DNA from: a virus | Lineage: Duplodnaviria > Caudoviricetes | Length of the DNA stretch: 64,000 nucleotides | Reading direction: 5' to 3' (one strand) | Virus record (IMG/VR): IMGVR_UViG_2663763243_000005 | Span: 14,632-78,631 of that record | Shown here: piece after piece, positions 18,603 to 27,459 of the stretch | How the letters are laid out: every line of letters starts with the position of its first letter | How positions within the stretch are numbered: position 1 is the first letter of the stretch | Position numbers and translations under genes: made by a program | The notes under the pieces: generated by a model | Seen by the model: only the letters and a program-made list of their open reading frames with translations | Told to the model about the DNA's origin: nothing | Databases searched by the model: none

Positions 18603-20246
18603 TTAAACCCACTTGTCATAACTGATGCTGCCACCAGCAATTAATTCGATCTCTATCGAATCCATAATTGTATCGAGGATGTCGTCGTTTTTATGGCTAT
18701 CATCTGCTGAGAAATCAGCGCATTCCGTCAGTGCAGGCAGCACCCAATCCGTCGAGGCAGCCACCGCGCCATCCCAGTAATACACCTGCGGGATTTTTTG
18801 ACCGTCGTCAGTCATCAGTGCCGGAAGATAGACACAACCGGTTTTCATCTGCGGAATGGTATTCAGGCAACGGATCAGCTTATTTTGGCCTGAGCCGCGC
18901 GGGATGGTCAGAATGGGAATACTTTTACGTTTTACCAGCGTGGTAATCAGACCTTGCCCGGCTTGCTTATCCTCAATCCCCATATGGCGTAATGGCGCGG
19001 GGCGTTTCGGATTATACGGCCGCCATTTCTCCCATAAGTCTTGCGCGGTGGTCAGTAAGTCCTCCGGATCCCAGCGGCCACGCACACTGTCAATAATGTA
19101 GAGATTGCCATCAACCCCCATCCCCACCAGGGTAAAGACGGTGTAATCGTTGTAATCTTCAATTTTGCCGGAGTTGGTATCGACATAAACGGCGCGGTGA
19201 GTCAGCGGGGGTAAGTGGGTGTAGCGTTTAAACCAGTCGGTATCAATTAACCCGCCAGTCAATGCCCGTGGGCGCTGCATATATTGCGACATGAAAGTGT
19301 ATTCGTCGCTTTCCCACAACCGCAGCAAATCACCGACATATTCGTTTACCGGCCAGTAAGACCAATAACGCACCCCGCCGACCACCACACTTTCACTATT
19401 TTTTACCGAGAACCAACATTGTGAGCGCCACGGCTCCGGCAACGCATCAATGTATTCTTCACTGACCAGCGCCGGAATGGTGATGTGGTGAAAATCCACT
19501 CCCATCTTGCCGGACAGCATAAATCCGGTAGCGTCATCGGTATGAAGTCGCTGCTGGATAGAAACAAACGGGGTTGGATGCTCTTTGCTCTTATCACCGC
19601 GCCGTGAGCGGATGGTGTTCACTAAGATACGGTTCGCACTGGCCCGTTTGGTGGCCGAAAACATATCTTCGGGTTTGTTGTAATCATCCAGCCCAACAAA
19701 ACCGGAAAAATCAGGTCCGGGAAAACCTGCACGACCACCAGTTAATTGCCCACCGCTGGAGCGGGAAACCGTCTGCCCCACCATCCGGCCACGGCTATTA
19801 ACAATTTCCCACTCTTCTGCCTGATTAATACCAAAACGGCAAGGCCACAGTGATTGATACTCAGGGCTGGCGATAATATCGCGGGTGCGGCGGCTATTGC
19901 GTTTTACCAGTGTGTCAGCAAACGACACATTGAGATTACGAAAGCGTCGTAACTGGCCGGTCTGCACCAACATATTGATATAGGCTGGCAAATGAACCGA
20001 AATAAACTCGGTTTTAGTCCCACCAGGCGGTACATTCACAATCAGGTTGCGCGGTTGCAGCCGGTTATTGACCAAATCATCCAGCTTTGCGGCCATCATT
20101 TTATGATGCCAGTTCACCAATAGTCGGTCACTCTGCAACAGCTCAAACCAAATACGAGTGAAATTAAGAAAAGACTTTTCCGATCGGGATTTCAGGGCGA
20201 CACGCGACGGGAAATCCAGATTTTCCCATTCGAGAATATCGCTCAT
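18603..20246 (-). CDS. terL: Terminase large subunit
   Basis: Walker A variant NVPPGGTKT, LDDYNKP, QQRLHTDD, nuclease IEDK and NDDILD motifs. Confidence 0.95.
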   Translation of the reverse strand: MSDILEWENLDFPSRVALKSRSEKSFLNFTRIWFELLQSDRLLVNWHHKMMAAKLDDLVNNRLQPRNLIVNVPPGGTKTEFISVHLPAYINMLVQTGQLRRFRNLNVSFADTLVKRNSRRTRDIIASPEYQSLWPCRFGINQAEEWEIVNSRGRMVGQTVSRSSGGQLTGGRAGFPGPDFSGFVGLDDYNKPEDMFSATKRASANRILVNTIRSRRGDKSKEHPTPFVSIQQRLHTDDATGFMLSGKMGVDFHHITIPALVSEEYIDALPEPWRSQCWFSVKNSESVVVGGVRYWSYWPVNEYVGDLLRLWESDEYTFMSQYMQRPRALTGGLIDTDWFKRYTHLPPLTHRAVYVDTNSGKIEDYNDYTVFTLVGMGVDGNLYIIDSVRGRWDPEDLLTTAQDLWEKWRPYNPKRPAPLRHMGIEDKQAGQGLITTLVKRKSIPILTIPRGSGQNKLIRCLNTIPQMKTGCVYLPALMTDDGQKIPQVYYWDGAVAASTDWVLPALTECADFSADDSHKNDDILDTIMDSIEIELIAGGSISYDKWV

Positions 20247-20475
20247 GTGGTGATCCTGTGGGGTGGTGTTTTTGTGCCATTAACCCAATTAGTATTTAGA
20301 GTTTCCTACTTAATGTTTTTACAAAAAACAAGTAGTGTCAGTAATAGCATGATAAAATTATACTTTCGTTATAACTATTGAGTAATTAATTAGGTTTTAG
20401 TATGTTTTTTCATCAGAAAAAATACACGTAACCTTCGTGATTACATTTCCCTGACCTCTTGTGGAGAGCATTGTT

Positions 20476-20841
20476 ATGTCAAAAAATAAAATGAAAAACG
20501 CTAATAGATTCCACATCGAAAAATATAAATGTGGTGAATGCACTACTGATTACGAATGTTCGGATGTCGAAAACAGTTGGACATGCCCAAAATGTGGTTT
20601 TCGCATCGATATTTATGCGGAAGATGACTCTGGGGAAAGAGGCGTATTCGTTCGCAAAAGAGCTGATGAGGTTGAAGTCGGCGATTTAGTCCGCCCTTAT
20701 GGATTTCCGATAAATAAAGATTTTCAAGTCCTTGGAATACACAATTTAAAGGGTGGAATTCTTGGTATAGGTTTGAAAGAATACACTCAAATTAAATTAA
20801 CCCCAGATGAATGCGTTAGTTGCCGAGTCGGAGGATGGTAA
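20476..20841 (+). CDS. Zinc-ribbon protein (moron)
   Basis: CGEC...CPKC; opposite strand to terminase genes; AT-rich upstream region; GGAG RBS before ATG 20476. Confidence 0.75.
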   Translation: MSKNKMKNANRFHIEKYKCGECTTDYECSDVENSWTCPKCGFRIDIYAEDDSGERGVFVRKRADEVEVGDLVRPYGFPINKDFQVLGIHNLKGGILGIGLKEYTQIKLTPDECVSCRVGGW

Positions 20842-20970
20842 GTACTCGTCGCTTAACGACATAATCATTTTATACAGAAAAGGTGGCTGTAGTAAAAACA
20901 GACAGTCGCCACTTTCATTCAATCTTGCGTGTTTTTAAATTTAAGTACCAATTAACGATTTAATCCTGAC

Positions 20971-21978
20971 TCAATCCAACCCCGGCAATTTACCCTCTAG
21001 CATCTGCTGTGCTTTCGCATAATCTTCTGGCGTGTAACTCACCTGGCTAATGGCACCACCATCAGGGCCGCTGATTTCGGTCTTATTTTTCAGCATACCC
21101 AAATGCTGCCCAACCATTTTTAGCGCGTCGTCCTGATTACGGGTAATGACTTCTAAGCCAAACTTACCTTGCTTAACACCGGCATAAAGGCGGCGTGCCG
21201 AAATCGATAAATCCCGCGAATCGTGGAAATGCGCCCTGCCTTGCCCCTCACCATTGCAACGTGGGCAATCTGGATTAGGATCGAGCGTACTGTCAAAACC
21301 GTAACCGCCATCATCCAGTGGCGCAGGTTTACCGTTATTGGTTCTTTTCTCTGACTCTTCCTGATATTCCTGCTCGTTAATCCACTGGTATTTATTATCA
21401 ATCCCCCAGCAGTGACGACAACATAAACGGCGAAACTCTGAAATTTCGTTGGCATTAGCCGTGGCGATATCCCACCACCAATTTAAAACGGCATCCTGCG
21501 TGATATGCGTCCGTTTTTCTCTGGCTTCCATAGCATCGCGGATGGCTTTGTTTACCGATACATGGCGATACAACCGACGGGCAGCGGCAGCACCGGTTAA
21601 TCCCTCGCATTTATATCCGGCCCGTTTATATGCCGCCGTCTTATCTAAATCAATTAAATACTCACTAACAAATTTCGCCTGCATATCGTTAAGCCCGTAT
21701 CTACTGGCGATAGAGCTGCTTTCTTCAATTTGATTTTCAATTTCAGGCAATTCTATATTTTCAATTTTCGAAATTGATTTTTTATCTTTGGTTCGCAGGT
21801 TCGCACCGGAATTATGCGAACCTGTTTTGCGAACCTTTTCGGGCTTAGGCCATTCATCAGCTTTAGCCCTCTTCCGTACTGCGGTATCACTTACACCGTG
21901 CTTTTCAGCTAACGCACGAATTGAAAGTGGCCCAGCACAGTATTCGTGCTCTATCGCCTCCCAATCCGGCTTTTTCAT
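20971..21978 (-). CDS. terS: Terminase small subunit with Cys-rich insertion
   Basis: KPDWEAIE..Y HTH; FVSEYLIDL..TAAYKRAGY; CRHC...CPRC; HLGML...EISGPDGG. Confidence 0.9.
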   Translation of the reverse strand: MKKPDWEAIEHEYCAGPLSIRALAEKHGVSDTAVRKRAKADEWPKPEKVRKTGSHNSGANLRTKDKKSISKIENIELPEIENQIEESSSIASRYGLNDMQAKFVSEYLIDLDKTAAYKRAGYKCEGLTGAAAARRLYRHVSVNKAIRDAMEAREKRTHITQDAVLNWWWDIATANANEISEFRRLCCRHCWGIDNKYQWINEQEYQEESEKRTNNGKPAPLDDGGYGFDSTLDPNPDCPRCNGEGQGRAHFHDSRDLSISARRLYAGVKQGKFGLEVITRNQDDALKMVGQHLGMLKNKTEISGPDGGAISQVSYTPEDYAKAQQMLEGKLPGLD

Positions 21979-22057
21979 TTTTTACTCACACAATTGGTGT
22001 TGAACCATTCCCAGTATATTCTGTTAACTCTCACATCAAAGAACTGGGAGGTTCGAC

Positions 22058-22492
22058 ATGTCAGGTTATTCAAACTTATGGCACAGCATAGAGAATCACG
22101 TCAATGAAGTCCGTAGCATCAAAAACGTTGGCTACATAGATGTAAATGACAGCCTAAAAGTCGCTAATAGGACAATGCAGATATTTATACTGGATGTTTT
22201 CTTACATGAACATAGTAAGAAATACGGTTCGGGTGTATTCCCTTTAAAAGGTAAGAATGCCCTGCACCACAAAATCCTGATGAAATACAAATGGCCGCTG
22301 TCCGTTATACGGGAGATGAGCCTAAATGATTCCCTTTTTGTTCTTCAGGACGAGCTGACTATTGCGAACCTACCTGAAGATGCTCAGAAGTATTTGTCGC
22401 ATCAGGAAGGGACGGTTCAGATTGCTTTTGATGATCTACTGGATGATGAGTGGAATCCAGCTTTTGGCGAACTATTCCTGCAAAGGCAATAG
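22058..22492 (+). CDS. Phage-associated hypothetical protein (possibly ECs1072-like), moron
   Basis: GGGAGG RBS; opposite strand; LKGKNALHH...SLNDSLF motif recalled from ECs1072-type proteins. Confidence 0.65.
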   Translation: MSGYSNLWHSIENHVNEVRSIKNVGYIDVNDSLKVANRTMQIFILDVFLHEHSKKYGSGVFPLKGKNALHHKILMKYKWPLSVIREMSLNDSLFVLQDELTIANLPEDAQKYLSHQEGTVQIAFDDLLDDEWNPAFGELFLQRQ

Positions 22493-22658
22493 TACTGACT
22501 TCTTGGTACTCATTGCTTAATTCAGCAAGCTTTTCATTCAAATGTATTTGCTGATTTTCATTTGAAATAAGATGGCCGAGAGCTAATAGTTGCTCGGCCA
22601 GCCAATTGCTTAACTCATGATTATTCAAATTTCCGGAATAAATATAGGGTTTGTTCAT
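22359..22658 (-). CDS. Hypothetical protein, 3' end possibly replaced by the opposing moron
   Basis: AAGGA RBS and operon orientation, but last 134 nt overlap the + strand gene. Confidence 0.35.
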   Translation of the reverse strand: MNKPYIYSGNLNNHELSNWLAEQLLALGHLISNENQQIHLNEKLAELSNEYQEVSTIAFAGIVRQKLDSTHHPVDHQKQSEPSLPDATNTSEHLQVGSQ

Positions 22659-22693
22659 ATCATTTTCCTTATGGATGAAATGACAATAGGTAA

Positions 22694-22957
22694 CTATTGT
22701 TGAGGTTTTAAATGTTCCAGCAAGAAAATCATGGCTCGCGTGTCGCCTTTCTTGGCTTTGATAAAGAGAGAATTGGATATATCCGCTATCCCTTTGGCTT
22801 TTCCCCGGCGAACAGCCAGCCGGTAAAGCGAGATTGCTGATTTATCTTTCCTTAAATTATCAATGTCGATTTCCAGTGTGTCGGCTATCTGCTGTTCCGT
22901 TAATCCACGCCCTGCAAATGCTTCGACTTTATCGAGCGTCGGCTTATCCATCGTCAT
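22694..22957 (-). CDS. Small HTH protein (TerS-like HTH)
   Basis: GLTEQQIADTLEI HTH; AKKGDTRAMIFLL; ATGA-coupled to the mom-like gene. Confidence 0.75.
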   Translation of the reverse strand: MTMDKPTLDKVEAFAGRGLTEQQIADTLEIDIDNLRKDKSAISLYRLAVRRGKAKGIADISNSLFIKAKKGDTRAMIFLLEHLKPQQ

Positions 22958-23568
22958 GCCCTCTTTGGATAGGGTTTATGACGTGATATCAGGATTTTTT
23001 TCATTTTCTTGTCGAGGGGCATCAGGTATTTATGCTTTCCTGATGTTTTGAACTCTTGGGCGTTGGGATCTAAATGCTGTCGAATTGATTCAAGGTTTTG
23101 CTTTACCCCTTTGGCAGAAACACTGCGCGGGTGGGTTTTCTTACCTTTGATGATGAATGCGCCCACAGTTCCTGTACCAAACAGCCCCTCATATATCCAA
23201 TTGGTAGCCTGATAAATTCCGCCATGATGATTTTGGTCTTTATCTGCATAGGAGACGATTAGCCGCAGACCGGGGCAAACATCAGCGAGAAATTTAATCG
23301 CTTTTGCCAATATCTGACTAACTGGCGATATGTGTTGGCGTAGTGCCACACGGGTAAGTTCGCACACTTGATCCTGCTGCAAACTGTAAGGTTGCCCGAT
23401 ATGGTTATTGGCACCGCGGCTAAAAATAACGACACCAATAAATTTCCCATCTTCCCATGCACCCACTTTTACCAATTTTCCGACCGGCACCGCCTTTGCA
23501 TAATGCCAGTTAAGGCAGGCAAAGCTGGCAGCCTGATGAGTCGCCCAATCCACCGTGAGTGTTGTCAT
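22954..23568 (-). CDS. mom: Mom-family adenine modification enzyme (GNAT fold)
   Basis: WHY, ELTRVAL, IVSYAD..Q.H.G.IYQATNWIY.G and KHKY motifs of the Mu Mom family. Confidence 0.8.
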   Translation of the reverse strand: MTTLTVDWATHQAASFACLNWHYAKAVPVGKLVKVGAWEDGKFIGVVIFSRGANNHIGQPYSLQQDQVCELTRVALRQHISPVSQILAKAIKFLADVCPGLRLIVSYADKDQNHHGGIYQATNWIYEGLFGTGTVGAFIIKGKKTHPRSVSAKGVKQNLESIRQHLDPNAQEFKTSGKHKYLMPLDKKMKKILISRHKPYPKRA

Positions 23569-24137
23569 AAAACACCCCCACAGTGTGGGCAGAGTTTGGC
23601 GTCCAGGTGATCGAGCTTTCCCTGATCATCTTCGTTACCAGGCAGAAAATCGACATTCAACATTTGATCGATTTCATCAGACGAAAATCCGGTTAGACCA
23701 AGGTCAAAATTTTCTGCCAATAAATCACTTAACTCTAAAGTTAAGAGATCCTGATCCCACCCGGCATTCAGCGGCAATTTATTGTCAGCAAGACGATAGG
23801 CTTTTTTCTCAGACTCCGTTAACCCAGATAATGTGATGGTAGGAACTTGTTCAATACCCAACTGTTCCGCTGCCAATAAACGACCATGACCCGCAATTAC
23901 CTCACCCCGTTCATCAATAAGGATCGGGTTTGTCCAACCGAACTGTTTAATACTCGCTGCAACTTCATCTACTTGCTCCGCTGAGTGTGTTCTCGCATTT
24001 TTTGCGTAAACAATCAACGAATTGAGTAATTTATAGGCTATCTCTAATTTATTCTGATTTTTTACTATGGTCATTTTGCATGTTCCAACTATTATGACCC
24101 TGCTCTCGAGAGCAAGTGGGCCTTGGTTCGTACTCAT
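23565..24137 (-). CDS. ParB/Srx N-terminal domain protein with C-terminal CPHCG knuckle
   Basis: NARTHS..QV...SIKQFGWTNPILID...IAGHGRL.AA...YRLADNKL. Confidence 0.9.
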   Translation of the reverse strand: MSTNQGPLALESRVIIVGTCKMTIVKNQNKLEIAYKLLNSLIVYAKNARTHSAEQVDEVAASIKQFGWTNPILIDERGEVIAGHGRLLAAEQLGIEQVPTITLSGLTESEKKAYRLADNKLPLNAGWDQDLLTLELSDLLAENFDLGLTGFSSDEIDQMLNVDFLPGNEDDQGKLDHLDAKLCPHCGGVL

Positions 24138-24200
24138 GACCTTACCTGTGGGTATGAATGGCCGTTAGTAGCTACAACTACCAGCGGTCGCCCACCTTCC
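24101..24200 (+). ncRNA. Predicted cis-antisense RNA to the parB-mom leader
   Basis: Three-way junction closed by GTGGGC/GCCCAC; two hairpins with G-U pairs only on +; loop ACCTTACC complementary to the SD of ATG 24137; TATTAT -10 at 24090-24095. Confidence 0.55.
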
Positions 24201-24563
24201 TAAATAAAAAAACCACCAGCAACCATGCTCAGGGTGAGCGGAAGGTGTTACTGATGGCTTTGCTTGCGCATTATCAATGGCACTCAGTGAATGCTATTGA
24301 TAATGCTATAGTTCTGCTATTCACATGCTCATTTCTAGATTTTTACCACAGTGGGCTATATAAACCTCAGAAGTCGGAAATTACCCTCAAGGGTTTATTT
24401 ATCGCCTCAACGCAAGCTTTAGACAAAATGTTTTTTGGCAAAATATATGAGGAACTATTGTTTAGTTGCTTTCCAGTTAGGCCTCACTATAAGTTTCCTT
24501 GATCAAAATTGAGGAGACTTATACTTTCATCAGCATATGAAAAAATCTTAGGAACAACATATC

Positions 24564-25073
24564 GTGGAGAAAGAATTAGTTAGTCAACTTATTACCGCAG
24601 GAGCGGCTCTCTTTGGATCGCTTGTTGGTATCTTTGGCGGCTTTTTTTCAACAAAGCATTTGACCTCGTTGACCCAAAGAAGAGAGGCTTCAAACATCGA
24701 GAACGGTTTGACTGCCGAAGTATTGTCTATTGCAGCCGTTTGGCGTATTGATGAGCTTCATGAAATGTTCAAAACATTATTAACCCCATCTAATTTAAAA
24801 CCATCAGATTGGCCAAGGAAAATTGTTCGGCATATACCAAAGGGAATGAATGTTATTTTTGAGTCAAATGTTTCTAAGATTGGTATGATACGACCAGAAC
24901 TAGCATCTCTTGTTATTCAGTTTCATCAATCAATGAATGCTATTGAAGTCCTTTTTATGGCAAAACGTAGCGGATTTGAGTCAGTGTTTACAGACCATGA
25001 TGCTGTACGTGTTTTTAACTTTATCTGTCAGGCCAAAAGACACAAAGATGGAATTATTGCATTAGCTAGCTGA
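24564..25073 (+). CDS. Membrane-anchored hypothetical protein (moron)
   Basis: N-terminal TM LITAGAALFGSLVGIFGGFF; opposite strand; AT-rich. Confidence 0.7.
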   Translation: MEKELVSQLITAGAALFGSLVGIFGGFFSTKHLTSLTQRREASNIENGLTAEVLSIAAVWRIDELHEMFKTLLTPSNLKPSDWPRKIVRHIPKGMNVIFESNVSKIGMIRPELASLVIQFHQSMNAIEVLFMAKRSGFESVFTDHDAVRVFNFICQAKRHKDGIIALAS

Positions 25074-25180
25074 ATAGATGTGTTGATTTTTCTGGTTCTG
25101 GGAATTTTTTGTCTTTGTTCCTCATCCATTACAGAGAACTTAACCATTGTAATGGATATAAATAACCGCCCGTAGGCGGT

Positions 25181-25588
25181 TCAGTCAGGTAGACCAAATT
25201 TCTTTTTCGCATACGACTTTAGCAGCTCAATTCCGATATCCTTTAGGACAGTAATTGGCTGCTCGCCAATCTGTTTTAGCTTTTCAAAAACACTTTTATC
25301 TTGCAGGGCAGACGCAAAGTCATAGCCATCTGACGTTAGTCTGACGGTTGTATTCCATGAATCAATTCTATTTAACGTATACATAAGTCCTAGCTTTTTA
25401 GGGTCATATAAAACCAAATCAATAGTACTCACGTAACCTTTTTCTATCAGCATCAAATAATGGAAATATCCTTTCTCCGATGAAATATCGAATCCTTTTT
25501 CCTCTAACTCTTTCGTGCTTACAAAAGGCATTTCAGAACCTGAAAAAACTTCAAGCATACGTTTGAGGTATTCTAAATCTGTCTTCAT
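25181..25588 (-). CDS. DUF2513-like winged-helix protein
   Basis: MKTDLEYLK...FHY..L...RLTSDGYDF...VFEKLK pattern. Confidence 0.7.
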   Translation of the reverse strand: MKTDLEYLKRMLEVFSGSEMPFVSTKELEEKGFDISSEKGYFHYLMLIEKGYVSTIDLVLYDPKKLGLMYTLNRIDSWNTTVRLTSDGYDFASALQDKSVFEKLKQIGEQPITVLKDIGIELLKSYAKKKFGLPD

Positions 25589-25772
25589 TTATGGTGTCCC
25601 TACTTTACGAAGCGTAGCTCATGGTAAATGATTAATCATTAATGACAAATTTTTCACATCTAAGTATACGATCAGAATTTTTCCGCAGGGTTACGGTGCT
25701 TCACAGCATGACTCTCAAACTTCTCGTGTTTACGGCCTTAAGTTGGGTCATCAAAGTATTGAGGATCCATAT

Positions 25773-25901
25773 TTAACCTGAGTAAATACTGATGTGAATG
25801 AAACTGAACAGCCACAGAATGAATTCAATCACTCCCCAGCCAACAACGGCGCAGATGCAGCCAAGAATAATAAAAATCCCTGTACCCGGTAAGTTATACA
25901 T
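25773..25901 (-). CDS. 42-aa membrane peptide after the o-spanin
   Basis: TAATG overlap with the Rz1 stop; MYNLPGTGIFIILGCICAVVGWGVIEFILWLFSFIHISIYSG. Confidence 0.6.
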   Translation of the reverse strand: MYNLPGTGIFIILGCICAVVGWGVIEFILWLFSFIHISIYSG

Positions 25902-26164
25902 TACGTTTTTCTCCCAGAATTCTGCCGCCAACTAATGACCTCATCCAGCCGCCCCTTACAAATCCGCAGCTCATGCTTCAATGCCAGCGCATACAGCCCG
26001 CTATCGCCCCAAGTCGTACCGACGAACTCCGGTACCTCGCATTCAGTTAATACTGATTCTGGCGGTAACAATACAGGACAGGTTGCTGGTGGACGTGGTA
26101 GCGACTTACTCGCGCAAGATGTTAATGCTAGCGTCAGGCATGCGCTGAATAGCACACTTATCAT
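25901..26164 (-). CDS. rz1: o-spanin lipoprotein (Rz1-like)
   Basis: Lipobox LALTSC, Pro-rich, overlaps the i-spanin 3' end. Confidence 0.8.
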   Translation of the reverse strand: MISVLFSACLTLALTSCASKSLPRPPATCPVLLPPESVLTECEVPEFVGTTWGDSGLYALALKHELRICKGRLDEVISWRQNSGRKT

Positions 26165-26438
26165 CTGACGACGCCGCCAGAAACCGCTTAAGCCGGTCTT
26201 CACTTTCATTGCGTAGTTTCCTTTCTTTATCTAACTGGCGGGCGGTGGCTGCTCGGTTGGCGGCTTCATTCACCTGGTATGCATCGATGATGTTGCCCAG
26301 TGCTGTGTTTGTGGCTTGCTCATCACTCAGCGCTTTTTCCGCTTTTTGGATATCATTTGAGAGGCGATAACTGTTAAAGAACAGAGCCGACACAACCACC
26401 ACCAGCACAGCAATAAGTATTCCAATGGCCTTATTCAT
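26106..26438 (-). CDS. rz: i-spanin (Rz/DUF2570-like)
   Basis: N-terminal TM, coiled coil, DKCA..MP C-terminus; follows the endolysin. Confidence 0.85.
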   Translation of the reverse strand: MNKAIGILIAVLVVVVSALFFNSYRLSNDIQKAEKALSDEQATNTALGNIIDAYQVNEAANRAATARQLDKERKLRNESEDRLKRFLAASSDDKCAIQRMPDASINILRE

Positions 26439-26964
26439 CCAGCCCCCAACAGGTCAGCTCACTTTCCTGTGCACGGCGTTCAATCTGCCCGTAACAGTTA
26501 TTTGAGCGGATATTGCAATCCTTACCACCATCTCGAACCCAGCGTTTGATTTCAGCGCATGCACCTCTACGGTCGCCAGCATTGAGTTTTCGATAGAACG
26601 TGGAGGTGAGACATTTACTCGGGCCGATGTTATAGGGACAAAACGAAGCGATACCGGCAATCTGTGGTTCAGTCAGCGGTACCCGGACATTTATCTTTAC
26701 CCAATTGATAGCCTTGTCAGCCTCCAGCTTATTTACCGCAGCGCATTTCTCCGCTGACAGCTTCATCCCTTTCACTACCGGTTTGCCATCAACTTGAGTC
26801 GCACCACGGCAAACAGTCCAAATCCCCTTTCCATCTGGATAAGCTACCAGCCTGTTACCCTCTTTCTCATCCAAAAGCTGATCAAGAATTATTGTGGCCG
26901 GTGCTGCAACCATAATCAGAGCCAGGACAGTCGCGCTCAATTTGCTTTTTGTCGAGGCCATCAC
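26431..26964 (-). CDS. SAR endolysin (GH24 lysozyme)
   Basis: Weakly hydrophobic N-terminal SAR segment, then EG...AY.D..G.WTVC.G.T catalytic motif. Confidence 0.9.
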   Translation of the reverse strand: MMASTKSKLSATVLALIMVAAPATIILDQLLDEKEGNRLVAYPDGKGIWTVCRGATQVDGKPVVKGMKLSAEKCAAVNKLEADKAINWVKINVRVPLTEPQIAGIASFCPYNIGPSKCLTSTFYRKLNAGDRRGACAEIKRWVRDGGKDCNIRSNNCYGQIERRAQESELTCWGLDE

Positions 26965-27176
26965 TCACCATCCGGTTTATAGCCGTGGCGTCTGTCCCAA
27001 ATTTTCACGCCAGCATTAAGCAAAAATGTCAGGGCCATAAAAAACAAAGAGCCAAGTACGCCGATAACTGTCCACTCATCAGGTGTGAATCCAGCAATCA
27101 GCTCTTTAACCCAAAAAATGAAACTACCACCCGACACGGTATAGGAGACCGCTGTTGTTATATTGCTCATTTTCAT
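26961..27176 (-). CDS. Class II holin (pinholin-like) with M-K-M dual start
   Basis: 71 aa from ATG 27176 (GGAGGGGG RBS); two TMs; basic C-terminus. Confidence 0.85.
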   Translation of the reverse strand: MKMSNITTAVSYTVSGGSFIFWVKELIAGFTPDEWTVIGVLGSLFFMALTFLLNAGVKIWDRRHGYKPDGE

Positions 27177-27282
27177 AGTCTCCCCCTCCCTGATGGGTTG
27201 GGTTGGGTGTGAAGCGGAAAGAAAATACGCCACAATCACATGATAATTATGTGTATTGCAGATTATCTGGGCGCAAAAACGG

Positions 27283-27380
27283 AAAAACCCCGCAAAAAGC
27301 GAGGTTTTTTTGAGTTGTGTAAGCTACGTGACTAAGTAACTATGCTTATCAGAATATAACTATTTTTGCGTACGCGTTAT
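27283..27380 (-). promoter_or_regulatory. Late promoter pR' and terminator tR'
   Basis: TAACGCGTACGCAAAAA...TATTCT...CACGTAGC then hairpin AACCTCGC-TTTT-GCGGGGTT and U-tract, upstream of the holin. Confidence 0.65.
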
Positions 27381-27459
27381 TTTTTTTGTATTGTATTTTT
27401 GGAACAAGTTTTTTCAACTAGTAACATTCAGCAATTATTCACTTATACAAGGAAGAAAA

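Noticed and set aside
24158-24502. 114-aa + strand ORF
   Set aside because: It runs through RNA hairpins (including the inverted repeat at ~24268-24307), has no RBS and is not protein-like
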